DNA of 64,000 nt, from positions 192,001 through 256,000 of the forward strand of contig OZ242351.1 of assembly GCA_965208675.1 (NCBI GenBank), in the 5' to 3' direction. Within the stretch, counting starts at the first letter, position 1. Every line of letters starts with the position of its first letter. The notes under the pieces were generated by a model. It searched no databases, was not told the origin of the DNA, and saw only the letters and a list, made by a program, of their open reading frames with translations. Shown piece by piece: positions 39,133 through 50,438 of this stretch. Origin of the DNA: Candidatus Poribacteria bacterium (GTDB lineage: Bacteria; Poribacteria; WGA-4E; PCPOR2b). The position numbers were made by a program, and so were the translations under genes.

Positions 39133-39604
39133 TGCTATAATATTCCCTAAACTATGTGATATAATTGCGAGCGGTTTAGCTTTCGCTCAATAAGAGTGCG
39201 CACCGCCGATTGCATATCTTATACATGGTCAAATAACGAATGTCAAGGACTTATTTCGGGGATATTTTCAGGCATCTGAGGTTGAAATCACCGGCGTCTT
39301 TTGTAATTATTGCGGACACGCGCAACGCTTCGCGCATACGTTCCGGCGGCGAAGAAATTGACTAAAAACCAAGTTTTTTCTTCAAAACTCGGTTTCTTAA
39401 CGCAACGGTTTTAACGGCGAAATTCCATTGAGATTTGATGCGTCTTGTGCTACCATAAGATGTCATTCCCGCAAACTCCAGTTCGGCAATGGGGAGGAGG
39501 TGTGGAGTGTATCCCTCATTAATAGAGTGAAGGTGTGTGGATGGAGAAAATTAATCAACCTTAACTTATGCAACATCACCTTAGAAACCATTAGGAGTAA
39601 CATC

Positions 39605-42316
39605 ATGTCCAAGTCTATGCACAATCTGTGGAATACGCTTCGTTCATTTGAATGCGGTGGGGTGCAACGCCAATACTACTCGATTTCAACGTTAGAGGAA
39701 CAAGGGGTTGGTCCAATTTCTCGGTTGCCCGTGAGTCTGCGGATTGTGCTTGAATCGCTGTTGAGAAATTATGATAACCGGCAGATAACAGAACAAGATG
39801 TCGAAAACCTGGCAAATTGGGACGCGAAAACGCCTAAACCTGTCGAAATCCCCTTTAAACCTGCGCGCGTCATAGCTCAAGATTTCACGGGCGTACCGCT
39901 TCTCGTTGATCTCGCCGCGATGCGATCGGCTGTCGATGAACTCAACGGCAATCCGCAAATTATCGAACCGGTCATTCCGGTCGATTTGGTGATAGATCAT
40001 TCTGTGCAGGTCGATGCTTACCGCTCTGAAAACGCCCTGCTAATCAATACCAGAATCGAATTTGAACGGAACAAAGAGCGGTACGAATTTCTTAAGTGGG
40101 GGCAGGGCGCATTTAACAGTTTCAAGATAGTTCCGCCGTCAATCGGCATCGTGCATCAGGTGAATCTGGAATATCTGGCGAGGCTCGTCGTAGATAGCCG
40201 CCTTAACGGAAGTGGCGTGGCTTACCCGGACACCTTGGTAGGAACTGATTCCCACACAACCATGATCAACGGTTTGGGAATCGTCGGTTGGGGGGTCGGC
40301 GGTATTGAAGCCGAAGCCGCCATGTTAGGTCAGCCGGTATACATCTTAACGCCGGAGGTGGTCGGGGTAAACTTGAGCGGCTCGCTGCATGATGGCGTCA
40401 CGGCGACGGACCTTGTCTTAACGGTCACACAGAGGTTGCGTGAGACCAAAGTTGTCGGTAAGTTCGTCGAATTCTTCGGTGAAGGCGTCGAAGCCCTCTC
40501 TCTGCCGGATCGTGCGACCATCTCAAACATGTGTCCCGAATACGGCGCCACAATCGGCTTTTTCCCCCCTGACGCCGAAACGATGCGTTACCTCAACCAA
40601 ACCGGCAGAGACGAATCACAGGTTGCGCTGGTGGAGGAGTATCTCAAACGGCAGCAGTTGTTGGGTATCCCCAAGACCGGAGATATAGATTATTCTTCCG
40701 TTTTGACCATCGAACTCGATGCGATTGAACCGAGCATTTCGGGGCCCAAGCGGCCGCAGGATCGCATTGTTATCTCAAAAGTCAAAGACACCTTCGCCAA
40801 TCTCTTGAAGCAGCCGATTACGGATGGCGGCTACGGACTTTCTGAATCCGACTTTCCTCGGCGCCGAAGCGAACCTACTCAAGGCGAGCAAATAACGCAC
40901 GGGTCCGTCGTCATTGCCGCCATCACTAGTTGCACCAACACTAGCAATCCGTCCGTGATGATTGGAGCCGGACTACTGGCGAAGAAAGCCGTCGAGCACG
41001 GTCTCCGCGTTCCCGATTATGTCAAAACCAGCTTGGCGCCCGGTTCGCGGGTTGTCACGGAGTATCTAAGCCAAACCGGATTGCTCGGTTATCTTGAAAA
41101 GTTGGGGTTTGGGCTAGTCGGATACGGCTGCACCACTTGCATCGGTAACAGCGGCCCTTTAGATGAAACTGTCCAACGCAGAATTGACGAGGATAACTTA
41201 GTTACCGCCAGCGTTCTCAGCGGCAACCGCAATTTTGAAGCGCGCGTCCACCGAGATGTCAAAGCCAACTTTTTAATGTCGCCGCCGCTTGTAGTCGCTT
41301 ACGCGCTGGCTGGCACCATTGATATTGACCTTAATGGCGAACCGTTGGGATATTCTGATGCGGGTGCGCCCGTATACCTCGCCGATGTCTGGCCCGCGAG
41401 CCGCGAGATTGCCGAATTGGTGAGCCAGTCGGTTGATCCAGCCTCGTTTAAACGTCTCTACGCAAAGATTGACGACCAAAGCCCGGAATGGGACAGGTTA
41501 GAACCGCCCGAAGGCGGAATTTATCGTTGGAGCGAGGCAAGTACATACATTCAGAAACCGCCGTTTTTTGAGAATTTTAAATTGCAGCCCGAATCCATTA
41601 CCGATATTAGGGGCGCGCGAGTCCTCGCACTGCTTGGCGATTCGGTGACGACCGACCACATCTCTCCGGCTGGCGCAATTGGTGCCGATAGCCCGGCTGG
41701 AAAATACCTGGTGAGTCGTAACATCCCGGTCAAAGACTTCAACACATACGGGGCGCGGCGCGGAAACGACCGCGTAATGACGCGCGGCACGTTTGCGAAC
41801 AATCGCGTCAAGAACTTGATGCTGCCCGGCGTCGAAGGCGGTTATACGCTTAAATTTCCCTCTAAAGAAAAATCTTCAATCTTTGACGCCGCGCAATATT
41901 ATGCCGAGCAAGGCACGCCGCTCGTCGTGTTTGCGGGCGCAGAGTACGGCTCCGGAAGTTCTCGGGATTGGGCGGCTAAAGGTGTTGCGCTGTTAGGCGT
42001 CCGTGCTGTCGTCGCCGAGAGTTTTGAGCGGATCCATCGGAGCAACCTGATTGGTATGGGGGTGCTGCCGTTACAGTTTCAGGGCGGCGAGAGCATTCAG
42101 TCTCTTAACCTAGCCGGAAGTGAAATCATCAATATCACCGGTATTGAAACCAATCTTAAACCCGGACAGACAGTCAACATGGCATATATTGACGACTCTG
42201 GCGCGCAGCGCCAGACACAATTGCTAGTTCGGATAGATACCCCGGTCGAAGTCGAATATTACCGGCACGGCGGAATCCTCAATTACGTCTTGAGAAATCT
42301 AATGGCATCAGAATAA
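39605..42316 (+). CDS. acnA: Aconitate hydratase A
   Basis: [61 protein letters not shown]; AGGAG RBS before ATG 39605. Confidence 0.97.
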   Translation: MSKSMHNLWNTLRSFECGGVQRQYYSISTLEEQGVGPISRLPVSLRIVLESLLRNYDNRQITEQDVENLANWDAKTPKPVEIPFKPARVIAQDFTGVPLLVDLAAMRSAVDELNGNPQIIEPVIPVDLVIDHSVQVDAYRSENALLINTRIEFERNKERYEFLKWGQGAFNSFKIVPPSIGIVHQVNLEYLARLVVDSRLNGSGVAYPDTLVGTDSHTTMINGLGIVGWGVGGIEAEAAMLGQPVYILTPEVVGVNLSGSLHDGVTATDLVLTVTQRLRETKVVGKFVEFFGEGVEALSLPDRATISNMCPEYGATIGFFPPDAETMRYLNQTGRDESQVALVEEYLKRQQLLGIPKTGDIDYSSVLTIELDAIEPSISGPKRPQDRIVISKVKDTFANLLKQPITDGGYGLSESDFPRRRSEPTQGEQITHGSVVIAAITSCTNTSNPSVMIGAGLLAKKAVEHGLRVPDYVKTSLAPGSRVVTEYLSQTGLLGYLEKLGFGLVGYGCTTCIGNSGPLDETVQRRIDEDNLVTASVLSGNRNFEARVHRDVKANFLMSPPLVVAYALAGTIDIDLNGEPLGYSDAGAPVYLADVWPASREIAELVSQSVDPASFKRLYAKIDDQSPEWDRLEPPEGGIYRWSEASTYIQKPPFFENFKLQPESITDIRGARVLALLGDSVTTDHISPAGAIGADSPAGKYLVSRNIPVKDFNTYGARRGNDRVMTRGTFANNRVKNLMLPGVEGGYTLKFPSKEKSSIFDAAQYYAEQGTPLVVFAGAEYGSGSSRDWAAKGVALLGVRAVVAESFERIHRSNLIGMGVLPLQFQGGESIQSLNLAGSEIINITGIETNLKPGQTVNMAYIDDSGAQRQTQLLVRIDTPVEVEYYRHGGILNYVLRNLMASE

Positions 42317-42370
42317 ACCGCGGAACGCCTAGCATCAACGAAAAAAAATCGAGTTTATGATGAGAGGACT

Positions 42371-42504
42371 TAAAACCTGTTTGAAAAGTCCGAATCCGTC
42401 TTCGAGGGAGGGTATTTTAAGGAAAATTCCTTGAAAATCCAATGATTTGGACCCTGTATGACCAAAAAAATGACTTTGCCATCTACTTTTCAAATAGGTT
42501 CTTA
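42371..42504. mobile_element. MITE-like element (~135 bp)
   Basis: Imperfect TIRs TAAAACCTGTTTGAAAAGT / ACTTTTCAAATAGGTTCTTA; a third end-like motif TTCAAACAGGCTCTT at ~42626. Confidence 0.55.
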
Positions 42505-42508
42505 AGCC

Positions 42509-42589
42509 AAAGCCCCAGAGGGGCGATAGGTGTATAGAAATGACTATTCGCCATACATCTAAAGCCCCAGCGGGGCGACAGATTATAGC
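42509..42589 (+). repeat. Two direct REP-like units
   Basis: AAAGCCCCAGAGGGGCGATAGG.. (42509) and AAAGCCCCAGCGGGGCGACAGA.. (42561). Confidence 0.7.
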
Positions 42590-42836
42590 AACTCAAACGC
42601 CCAAGAATGGCTTTGCCGCCTATTATTCAAACAGGCTCTTGCGCAGTTCGGTTTGTATTAGCGCAATTCATTGTGCGTTAGCAGATACGTTACTATCCTG
42701 CACGTCGCCGGGCACGCTGTTTTGTGTAGAGACGGGCAAAAAAAGAGGACTCCTATCGCAGTCGCTATTCGCTCCCTTAATTCCTCTACGAACCATTGGC
42801 TGTTCACCCGCGTAAATCCAAATGGAGTAGACTAGA

Positions 42837-43211
42837 ATGCCGTTCTGCCCGCAATGCAACGCTGAATATCTTGAAAATGTTTCGATATGTGCGGACTGTC
42901 AGGTCGCGCTAGTCCCTGAGCGCCAATCCGAAGACACCGTTGAATACATCAGTTGGGAGGTTGTCCACCAAGTCCCCAATGAAGTAGTTGGAAACATCAT
43001 CAAGGGCGTGTTGGAGTCGGCGGGTTTCGATGTCCTGTTGCGGTCGTATGAAGTCGTCGCGCACGGCGGACTTAGCCCAAAACCTCAATGGGGCGATATT
43101 CTCGTTCGGAGTGACGATGTGGAACGTGCGGAAGCCATTGTCAATTCGTACATTTCCTCTTTGTCGGAAGATGACGCCGAGAGTCGCGAATCTGAACTCG
43201 AAAACGTGTGA
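42837..43211 (+). CDS. Zinc-ribbon + DUF2007-like putative signal-transducing protein
   Basis: MPFCPQC..EY..CADC..LV; IIKGVLESAGF..ILVRSDDVERAEAIV. Confidence 0.75.
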   Translation: MPFCPQCNAEYLENVSICADCQVALVPERQSEDTVEYISWEVVHQVPNEVVGNIIKGVLESAGFDVLLRSYEVVAHGGLSPKPQWGDILVRSDDVERAEAIVNSYISSLSEDDAESRESELENV

Positions 43212-43235
43212 ACTTAATGCGGAGGAATTGCTTTA

Positions 43236-44606
43236 ATGATTTACATACGCTTGATTTGCGCCGTATGCCTTTTTATTGGTGTAAATTTCAACGCTTTTGC
43301 CGATTATCGAGTCGAGCCGGGGGACACACTCCAAATCGTTGTCATCGGTCAAGCTGATTACTCTCAGACGGTAAAAGTCAGAGCAGACGGGATGATAAGC
43401 TACGTTGACGGCGATCTGCCGGTTTCCGGCAAGACGCCGGAGGAGGTTCGGCTGCAAATCTTGGAACACCTGCGTCAACAGAAGCAGCTTTTGAGTCCGA
43501 ATATCATGGTTTCACCGCTGCCCGCGGAAGACGAGATTTTTGTCGGCGGCGCTGTTAACGTGCCAAACCGTTACCCGCTTCGGCTGCAGGATGAAATTGG
43601 GTTGGACCACGCCATCGCAATGGCGGGTGGCGCGGACGCTAAAGCCGATCTCACCCGCGTCCAAATATATCGCCAGGATGGCACCGTCGAAGAATATGAT
43701 CGTTCTCCGGGCGCCGAATATGAACACATTCTTGTGAGCGGAGGCGATTTGGTGCGCGTGGTGGCGCAAGGCGTCGTTGATGTGCAGGGACAGGTCAACA
43801 AACCCGGAAGAATCCTGATTCAGGATGGCATCCAAATTGGCGACGCACTCGCCCGTGCGGGCGGACCTGATAATAGGGCGGATCTGTCCAAATTAGTGAT
43901 TGTCAGACGCGGAAGCGAGCCAATCGAAGTGAACCGCGCTGAACCGTTTTGGCGGAGTGCCGAGGAAACCGGCGGTAAGAATCTTCTGGTAGACGGTGAC
44001 ACGCTATATGTACCGCCGCTCGGCGTGGTCGAAGTGCAGGGTCAAGTCAACGTCCCGGGCAGTAGAATAGCGATGCGCGACCGAATTCGGGTTGCCGATG
44101 CCATCGCGCGGGCGGGAGGCGCAGATGATAGAGCCGACCTGTCCGAATTAGTTATCACCAGAGCAGATGGCGAACGGATTGAAGTCAGCATCCCAGATCG
44201 ATTTTGGGAAGAGCCGAGTGGTGGCGAAACGGAGCACTATCTGTATGATGGAGATTCACTGTATGTTCCCAACGCCTATGAGGTCGAAACCATCTATGTG
44301 CTCGGTTATGTACGCAATCCCGGCGCCTACAAGATTCGCGATCCGATTACACCGGCGCAAGCCATCGCTCACGCTGGCGGAGAAGAGGCGGAGGCGAATC
44401 TCGGAGATATAGAAATCATTCGAAAAGACGGAAACGTCGAAAAAATCAATCTTAAAGAACATAAGAAACGGATGCAAGAAACCAAGATTTTACTGTATCC
44501 AGGCGACTCCATGCGGGTCAATAAGGGGTTTCAGATTAACTGGGGATTGGTCCTGAATTTCCTCTCCGTCACAACGGTTACAATCGGCCTCATTGTCAGC
44601 AACTAA
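43236..44606 (+). CDS. Polysaccharide export (Wza-like) protein with multiple SLBB domains
   Basis: Signal peptide, YRVEPGDTLQI..VRADGMIS, repeated V.VQGQV..PG / AIARAGG / DGD.LYVP, C-terminal hydrophobic helix. Confidence 0.88.
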   Translation: MIYIRLICAVCLFIGVNFNAFADYRVEPGDTLQIVVIGQADYSQTVKVRADGMISYVDGDLPVSGKTPEEVRLQILEHLRQQKQLLSPNIMVSPLPAEDEIFVGGAVNVPNRYPLRLQDEIGLDHAIAMAGGADAKADLTRVQIYRQDGTVEEYDRSPGAEYEHILVSGGDLVRVVAQGVVDVQGQVNKPGRILIQDGIQIGDALARAGGPDNRADLSKLVIVRRGSEPIEVNRAEPFWRSAEETGGKNLLVDGDTLYVPPLGVVEVQGQVNVPGSRIAMRDRIRVADAIARAGGADDRADLSELVITRADGERIEVSIPDRFWEEPSGGETEHYLYDGDSLYVPNAYEVETIYVLGYVRNPGAYKIRDPITPAQAIAHAGGEEAEANLGDIEIIRKDGNVEKINLKEHKKRMQETKILLYPGDSMRVNKGFQINWGLVLNFLSVTTVTIGLIVSN

Positions 44607-44705
44607 TCTCCGCGTTCACATAATCGACTGGTTTTGGTCGGTATAGTTTGATGTCAATCGAAACAATGCATCTCTCCTAGGAAATTTCTGGTTGCACTGT
44701 AGTAG

Positions 44706-47700
44706 GTGGAGAAACCTATGCCATCGGAATGGGATAAACTGCGTTCTTGGAATGCAACACAATGGGCTGCGTTTGAAGAACTTATTTGTCAGTTGGCTCG
44801 GTACGAACATTCACCGTCAATTGGCGAGTTTGTTCGGAAAGGCACACCTGACGCAGGCGTTGAGTGTTTCTGGAAATTCACGTCAGGTGAGGAGCATGGA
44901 TGGCAGGCGAAGTTTTTCAAATCGCAACCGTCTTCATCGCAGTGGGTACAAATTGATTCTTCAGTAAAACGCGCTCTTGAAAAACATCCCGAACTGCAGC
45001 AATATACAATCTGTATGGCGTTTGATCCTCCCCATTCCGGGTGTAAAGACACCACTTCATTCGGCGACAAATGGAAGGCACGCGTAGCCAAATGGGAAAG
45101 TTGGGCTACTGAGAAAGGTATGTGTGTCAAATTCTGCCGCTGGGGAACTAGCGAGATATTCGAAAGACTATCACGCGACGAGCATCGTGGTAGACACTTT
45201 TTCTGGTTTAATGAGGAGTTATTTACCTCCACGTGGTTTGAGCGACGACTGAACGAGGTTATTGCCGCTGTCGGTCCTCGCTATTCGCCCAAACTGAATG
45301 TGCGGCTTCCACTCTCGGATTTGTTTGAAGGCCTTTCGCGGTCCCCTGTTTTTTTCAAACGTTTTCAGGAAGTCTACGGAGACATCGGCAAAGAACGCGC
45401 AAAGGGTTTCTTGACGTCAATTGAAAAATTTGCTCCACAAAAAGCGGAGTGCTTCTATGAGCAACTAGAGCAGCTTGTTCAAACGGCCAAGAACTATGAC
45501 AAGACAGGGATTGACCCCATTGATTGGTCATTGATGAAGGGTCAGACAAGGGAAGCGCTCAAGTGCATTTCTGAAATTGTCTGCCTCCTCAGAGAGAAGT
45601 TTTACGATAGCGAGTCGTGCGAAACAGGCGAGAATACACAAAAGGTTTCTAAAGAGGTGCATCTTGACTACACGCTTCATGCTCTGTGGCGCATCGAAGA
45701 AAAACTGAAGGATTTTGAAGATTTTGTCAATTCAGATGTCGTACAACTAACGAGCCAACCAGCACTGCTTCTAGTCGGTGCCGCAGGCACTGGAAAAACA
45801 CATATGTTCAGTGATGCTGCGAAACAGCACGTTCAAACTGGCGCGCCGGCAATCTTACTGCTCGGAATTGAATTCACCAAGGAAGAACCATGGAATCAGA
45901 TTCGGCAGATGCTCGATCTCACATGTACAACACAGACATTCCTTGGTGCATTAGAGACCGCCGCCCAATCTGCTGGGAGGCGAGCAATCATATTTATTGA
46001 CGCCCTCAACGAAGTAGAGGATGCCAGTAAATGGCAAACTTGGCTGCCTTCTATGTTGAAGTGTCTTGAGCGTCATCCGTGGATAGCAATCGCTGTAAGC
46101 GTGCGTACGTCCTTTGAGAATCAAATCATTCCAGACCATTTGGTGCCCGATGAGTTCCTCCGGTGTACCCATCAAGGGTTTGATGGTAGGGAATACGAAG
46201 CCGCTAAAGAGTTTTTTGACTTCTACAAACTCCAGATGCCTCCCACACCGCTTCTTACCCCCGAATATCGGAACCCCTTGTTTCTTCGTTGTTTATGCGA
46301 AGGTTTAAAGAACAGAAACGTGCCGACGATTCCCACAGGAATCCATGGAATTTCATCGGTATTTGACTTTTTCCTTGATTCTGTGGACGAGAAACTAGCG
46401 AAACCTGAGTTTCTAGATTACGATCCCGAGTCTCGTCTTGTTCTCCAAGCTATACGTCAACTAGCTACGAGAATGTCACAATCAACTGGGCATACAATTT
46501 CGCGTACAGAAGCAATAGAGATTTGTGAAAAAATTTATCCCCACGATGGCTTCAATAAGTCTCTCTTTCGCCACCTCCTGTCGGAGAATGTTCTTTTCGA
46601 GACTAACTCATATCACGACACCGGTAACCATGGAGCAAAAGTTGTGACCTTTTCTTACCAACGTCTGGCAGATCACCTGATTATGCAGGAGCTCCTTGGC
46701 GAACACGTAAACTCAACAATTCCGGCGGAAGCATTCAAATGCGAGCCGCTGGGCAGTTACTTCAAAGACGAAATGTCCTGTCGGCGTAATTCGGGATTGG
46801 TGGAGGCATTGGCAATTCAGGGACCAGAGACTCTCAAGCAAGAAATCTTCGACCTAATCCCTGAACTCAAGGAATCATTTCCTGTGTGTGAAGCATTCAT
46901 AGAAAGTCTAATTTGGCGCGCCCCAAGTACCATTCAAGCGGACAAATGTATTCAATATATCAAGGCTCATATAACGCCTCAAGCGGACCTTAATCGAAAG
47001 TTTCTCAATGCAATCCTGACAATTGCACCCTACCCGCAACATCCCTTCAACGCGGATTTTCTGCACGGCAATCTGATGAAATTGGAAATGCCAGAGCGTG
47101 ATGCCCGATGGTCAATTCCTGTGTTTCATGAATACGGAGAAAATGGCGCTGTTGATCGCCTTATCGACTGGGTTTGGTCTGATACCGACAAGACTTCTAT
47201 CTCTGATGAGTCCGTTCGCCTCTTGGGAACGGCACTGGTCTGGTTTCTTACAACATCTCATCGTTTCTTGAGAGACCGTACAACAAAAGCTCTAGTATCT
47301 TTATTCGGCGACCGTATTCATGTTCTGTGTCAAGTGATTTCAAATTTCGTTAAAGTGAACGATTTATATGTTTTGGAACGTCTTTACTCCGTAGCCTACG
47401 GCTGTGCTTTACGAAGTTGTGACTCAAACGCAAAAACCTCTTTATCACAACTCATATATGATTTGGTTTTCAGAGATGGTAATCCCCCGTGCCATATCCT
47501 GCTACGGGATTATGCACGAGGTGTGGTTGAAGTGGCGCTGCGCGATGGGTTGAATCTGGTTGGTGTTGAACCGCACAGAATTAGACCTCCATACAAAAGC
47601 GAATGGCCGTTGCAGATTCCTTCAGAGGAGGATGTTCAGGAATACGGAAAATTGCGCGAGGAGATGTGTGATGAACCACGGACATTTCGATTGATTTACA

Positions 47701-49286
47701 ACTCAGTCATGGAGGATGGTGACTTCGCTCGCTACATAATTGGTAATCAAATCCCGTGGTCGAAGCGTCGGCTCGGTGAGAATCACGCGCCGTCGCGTAA
47801 GGAGCGGTTTGATGCCTTTGTAGCGTCGCTGACCGACCATCAGAAGAGTGTATGGCATTCTTATATTGAGATAAGGGAAGGACCACGGTTTGGTAGCCTG
47901 GAAGACACCGGATTTGGTGACGTTTCGGAAGAATCCTTGCAACATGATTTTGACTCGACTGTGAAAGTCAGTCAAGTAGAGTGCAGGTTTCGCAGAACTT
48001 TGGGAAAGAAAAAGAAACGTGTGTTTTTGGAATTAGTATTGCCATACCTAGATGCTCCACGGGCTGAGAGAGACGAGCTCGCCTTTCCTAGTAGGATTGC
48101 CCAACTCTGGATTCTTAAGCGGGTGTCCGAACTGGGTTGGACCGAGGAGCGATTCAGCAGGTTTGACCGGGATGCAATCGCCTATTTCAATCGGGGAGCT
48201 GCGAAACCAGAGCGAATAGGCAAGAAATACCAGTGGATTGCATATCATGAGTTTCTTGCCCATTTGGCGGATAATCTCGAATTTCGAGACGATTATTGGT
48301 CTGAGGAACCGGGTGTATATGATGGCCCTTGGCAGTTATGGCTTCGTGACATTGACCCCTCCTCATTGCTGAAGACTACATGCCAGGAGCAAAGCCCAAA
48401 CGGATGGTGGACACCCGTTGGATTTGAGTCATGCACCGACGAACCGGACGCAATTCAGTGGCGAAGAAGTGTCGATCTGTTGCCCGAAATCGGGAAGCTT
48501 CCAATTGTACGCGATCCTGCTACTGGTCAAGAGTGGTTTGTGTTGGAGTGTTTGTATAATTGGGAAGAGCCCATTCCGCCTGAAACCGACAAATATAGCA
48601 TCAGTCAACGGTATATCTGGTACATACTCAAAAGTTACTTGGTAAAGACAGATGACGAAGATCGTTTCTGCGACTGGGCAAATGCCCAGTGTTTCACTGA
48701 ACGTAGCATGCCGGAATCACGCGCACGGCGGCAAGTATTTTTGGGTGAATTTTTCTGGGCGCCGTCATTTGAGTATTTCAACAGAGACTACGGCGCAGGC
48801 AAGGGTTGGACGAAGGGCGATTGGCTCTCCCTTCCATGCAATGTGCTTGTCACATCAGACGAGTGTTTTCAAGGGGGAGACTATGACTGTTCGTTTGAAG
48901 ATGCGACTTCTGTTTATCTACCGGCAAAGTGGATTGCTGACAGAATGCAGCTTTCTTGGCGAGGTGTGGAGTGCCGCTATTTCGACCAAACCGGGCATTT
49001 AATAGCACAAGACCCATCTATAAAAACGGCGGGTCCTAAAGCCTTTTTGATGGACAAAGACTTTACGACTACGTTTCTGAACAACGAAGGATATCGGCTA
49101 GTTTGGACACTTATCGGCGAAAAGGATATTCGAAGTAGTTGGGATAGAGACGAGGATAAGTCTGGATGGATGGTATTAAACGGATGCATGAGAATGAGAG
49201 ATGGGCAAATTTCAGGCCAAGCTACGGCGTTCTGGCAAACTCTAGAATCTGATTTGATGAAAATTGAAGTGATAGAAATTCGATAA
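44706..49286 (+). CDS. Avs2-like (AVAST) STAND NTPase with N-terminal PD-(D/E)xK nuclease
   Basis: AFEELICQLA..PDAGVE..WQAKFF; Walker A GAAGTGKTH; Walker B IFIDALNE; NPLFL; RDRTTKAL, DLYVLERL, ERIGKKYQWIA, RDIDPS; 1526 aa. Confidence 0.8.
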   Translation: MEKPMPSEWDKLRSWNATQWAAFEELICQLARYEHSPSIGEFVRKGTPDAGVECFWKFTSGEEHGWQAKFFKSQPSSSQWVQIDSSVKRALEKHPELQQYTICMAFDPPHSGCKDTTSFGDKWKARVAKWESWATEKGMCVKFCRWGTSEIFERLSRDEHRGRHFFWFNEELFTSTWFERRLNEVIAAVGPRYSPKLNVRLPLSDLFEGLSRSPVFFKRFQEVYGDIGKERAKGFLTSIEKFAPQKAECFYEQLEQLVQTAKNYDKTGIDPIDWSLMKGQTREALKCISEIVCLLREKFYDSESCETGENTQKVSKEVHLDYTLHALWRIEEKLKDFEDFVNSDVVQLTSQPALLLVGAAGTGKTHMFSDAAKQHVQTGAPAILLLGIEFTKEEPWNQIRQMLDLTCTTQTFLGALETAAQSAGRRAIIFIDALNEVEDASKWQTWLPSMLKCLERHPWIAIAVSVRTSFENQIIPDHLVPDEFLRCTHQGFDGREYEAAKEFFDFYKLQMPPTPLLTPEYRNPLFLRCLCEGLKNRNVPTIPTGIHGISSVFDFFLDSVDEKLAKPEFLDYDPESRLVLQAIRQLATRMSQSTGHTISRTEAIEICEKIYPHDGFNKSLFRHLLSENVLFETNSYHDTGNHGAKVVTFSYQRLADHLIMQELLGEHVNSTIPAEAFKCEPLGSYFKDEMSCRRNSGLVEALAIQGPETLKQEIFDLIPELKESFPVCEAFIESLIWRAPSTIQADKCIQYIKAHITPQADLNRKFLNAILTIAPYPQHPFNADFLHGNLMKLEMPERDARWSIPVFHEYGENGAVDRLIDWVWSDTDKTSISDESVRLLGTALVWFLTTSHRFLRDRTTKALVSLFGDRIHVLCQVISNFVKVNDLYVLERLYSVAYGCALRSCDSNAKTSLSQLIYDLVFRDGNPPCHILLRDYARGVVEVALRDGLNLVGVEPHRIRPPYKSEWPLQIPSEEDVQEYGKLREEMCDEPRTFRLIYNSVMEDGDFARYIIGNQIPWSKRRLGENHAPSRKERFDAFVASLTDHQKSVWHSYIEIREGPRFGSLEDTGFGDVSEESLQHDFDSTVKVSQVECRFRRTLGKKKKRVFLELVLPYLDAPRAERDELAFPSRIAQLWILKRVSELGWTEERFSRFDRDAIAYFNRGAAKPERIGKKYQWIAYHEFLAHLADNLEFRDDYWSEEPGVYDGPWQLWLRDIDPSSLLKTTCQEQSPNGWWTPVGFESCTDEPDAIQWRRSVDLLPEIGKLPIVRDPATGQEWFVLECLYNWEEPIPPETDKYSISQRYIWYILKSYLVKTDDEDRFCDWANAQCFTERSMPESRARRQVFLGEFFWAPSFEYFNRDYGAGKGWTKGDWLSLPCNVLVTSDECFQGGDYDCSFEDATSVYLPAKWIADRMQLSWRGVECRYFDQTGHLIAQDPSIKTAGPKAFLMDKDFTTTFLNNEGYRLVWTLIGEKDIRSSWDRDEDKSGWMVLNGCMRMRDGQISGQATAFWQTLESDLMKIEVIEIR

Positions 49287-49422
49287 AGAGCAACATAAAT
49301 AATTGAGAACGCAGTAACTTTAGCCATGTCGCCTGGATAGAGCGATTCTAGAAAAAACAAAGTCAAAAATCATATTTGACCGGGAAAACTTAACTTGAAA
49401 TAATTTACACTGGGGATGAACT

Positions 49423-49650
49423 ATGCCAAGCAAGACCGCGAAACGGAACATTGAGAACTACCAGCATAAAGGCAAAAAGCAGGTCAACAACTCTCCTGTT
49501 GGTTTAGTTACCCCTGACACGGATAAAGGCGCGGGCAAGAAGACCCGCGACTACAATCCACACCTTGATTCAACGCTCATTTTGACGAGTATGGCTGAAC
49601 GCACATCGTTTGAGGCACCGACGTTTCGCTTCAGGTGCACGAGCAAAGTC
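49423..49650 (+). pseudogene. Relic N-terminus of a type III-like site-specific DNA methyltransferase
   Basis: IENYQHKGK..NNSPVGLVTPDTD..YNPHLD..AERTSFEAPT, then VSLQVHE in a shifted frame; rest of the gene absent. Confidence 0.65.
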
Positions 49651-49827
49651 GCGCCCTCAGGAACACCTGGGTTGTTGGCATCCAATCCTACCGTACTCAT
49701 ATTCGAAATTGGCTGTTGCTTGCGCGTGAAATCTAGGACGAATACGGTAGTCGATTTGTTCAAATCGGTGGTGAGAATTACACCGATTCGGCATGGTATT
49801 TGATGATATTCTCGGTGCAGAGAATCG

Positions 49828-50268
49828 GATGGCGTATGGATTGAATTGCGCATCCCCCATCGATTTTGGGAAGAACCGAGTGAAGGCGAAACGGAGCACT
49901 ATCTTTACGACGGAGATGTACTGTATGTCCCGAACGCCTATGAGATCGAACCCATCTACGTGCTCGGATATGTACGTAATCCCGGTCGGTACAAAATTCG
50001 CGATCCGATCACACCGGCGCAAGCCATCGCGCTCGCAGGCGCAGAAGAGGCGGAGGCGAATCTCGGAAATATAGAAATCATTCGAAAAGAAGGAAGCGTC
50101 GAAAAAATCAATCTTAAAGAACACAAGAACCACATGAGAGAAACCGAGATTTTACTGCACCCCGGCGACTCCATGCGGGTCAATAAAGGGTTTCAGATTA
50201 ACTGGGGATTGGTCCTGAATTTTCTCTCGGTCACAACGGTTACGATCGGCCTCATCGTCAGCAACTAA
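49828..50268 (+). repeat. Diverged duplicate of the 3' end of the SLBB/Wza gene (copy 1 at ~44167-44606)
   Basis: 16 substitutions over 138 aligned aa; last 35 aa identical with synonymous DNA differences; no signal peptide or N-terminal domain. Confidence 0.92.
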
Positions 50269-50438
50269 TTTCGGTTTTCGCACATATTTCTAGCCAGTTT
50301 TCAAATATCCTGAACGGAAGCATCTTTGATACCATAATCAAAGTCTCGATTCGGTTGGTTGCGCCAACCCATTCGAACCGGCGGCTTAAATCTTGACTTC
50401 AACGGATGTTTGATAATGTGATGATGGAGACATTCTAG

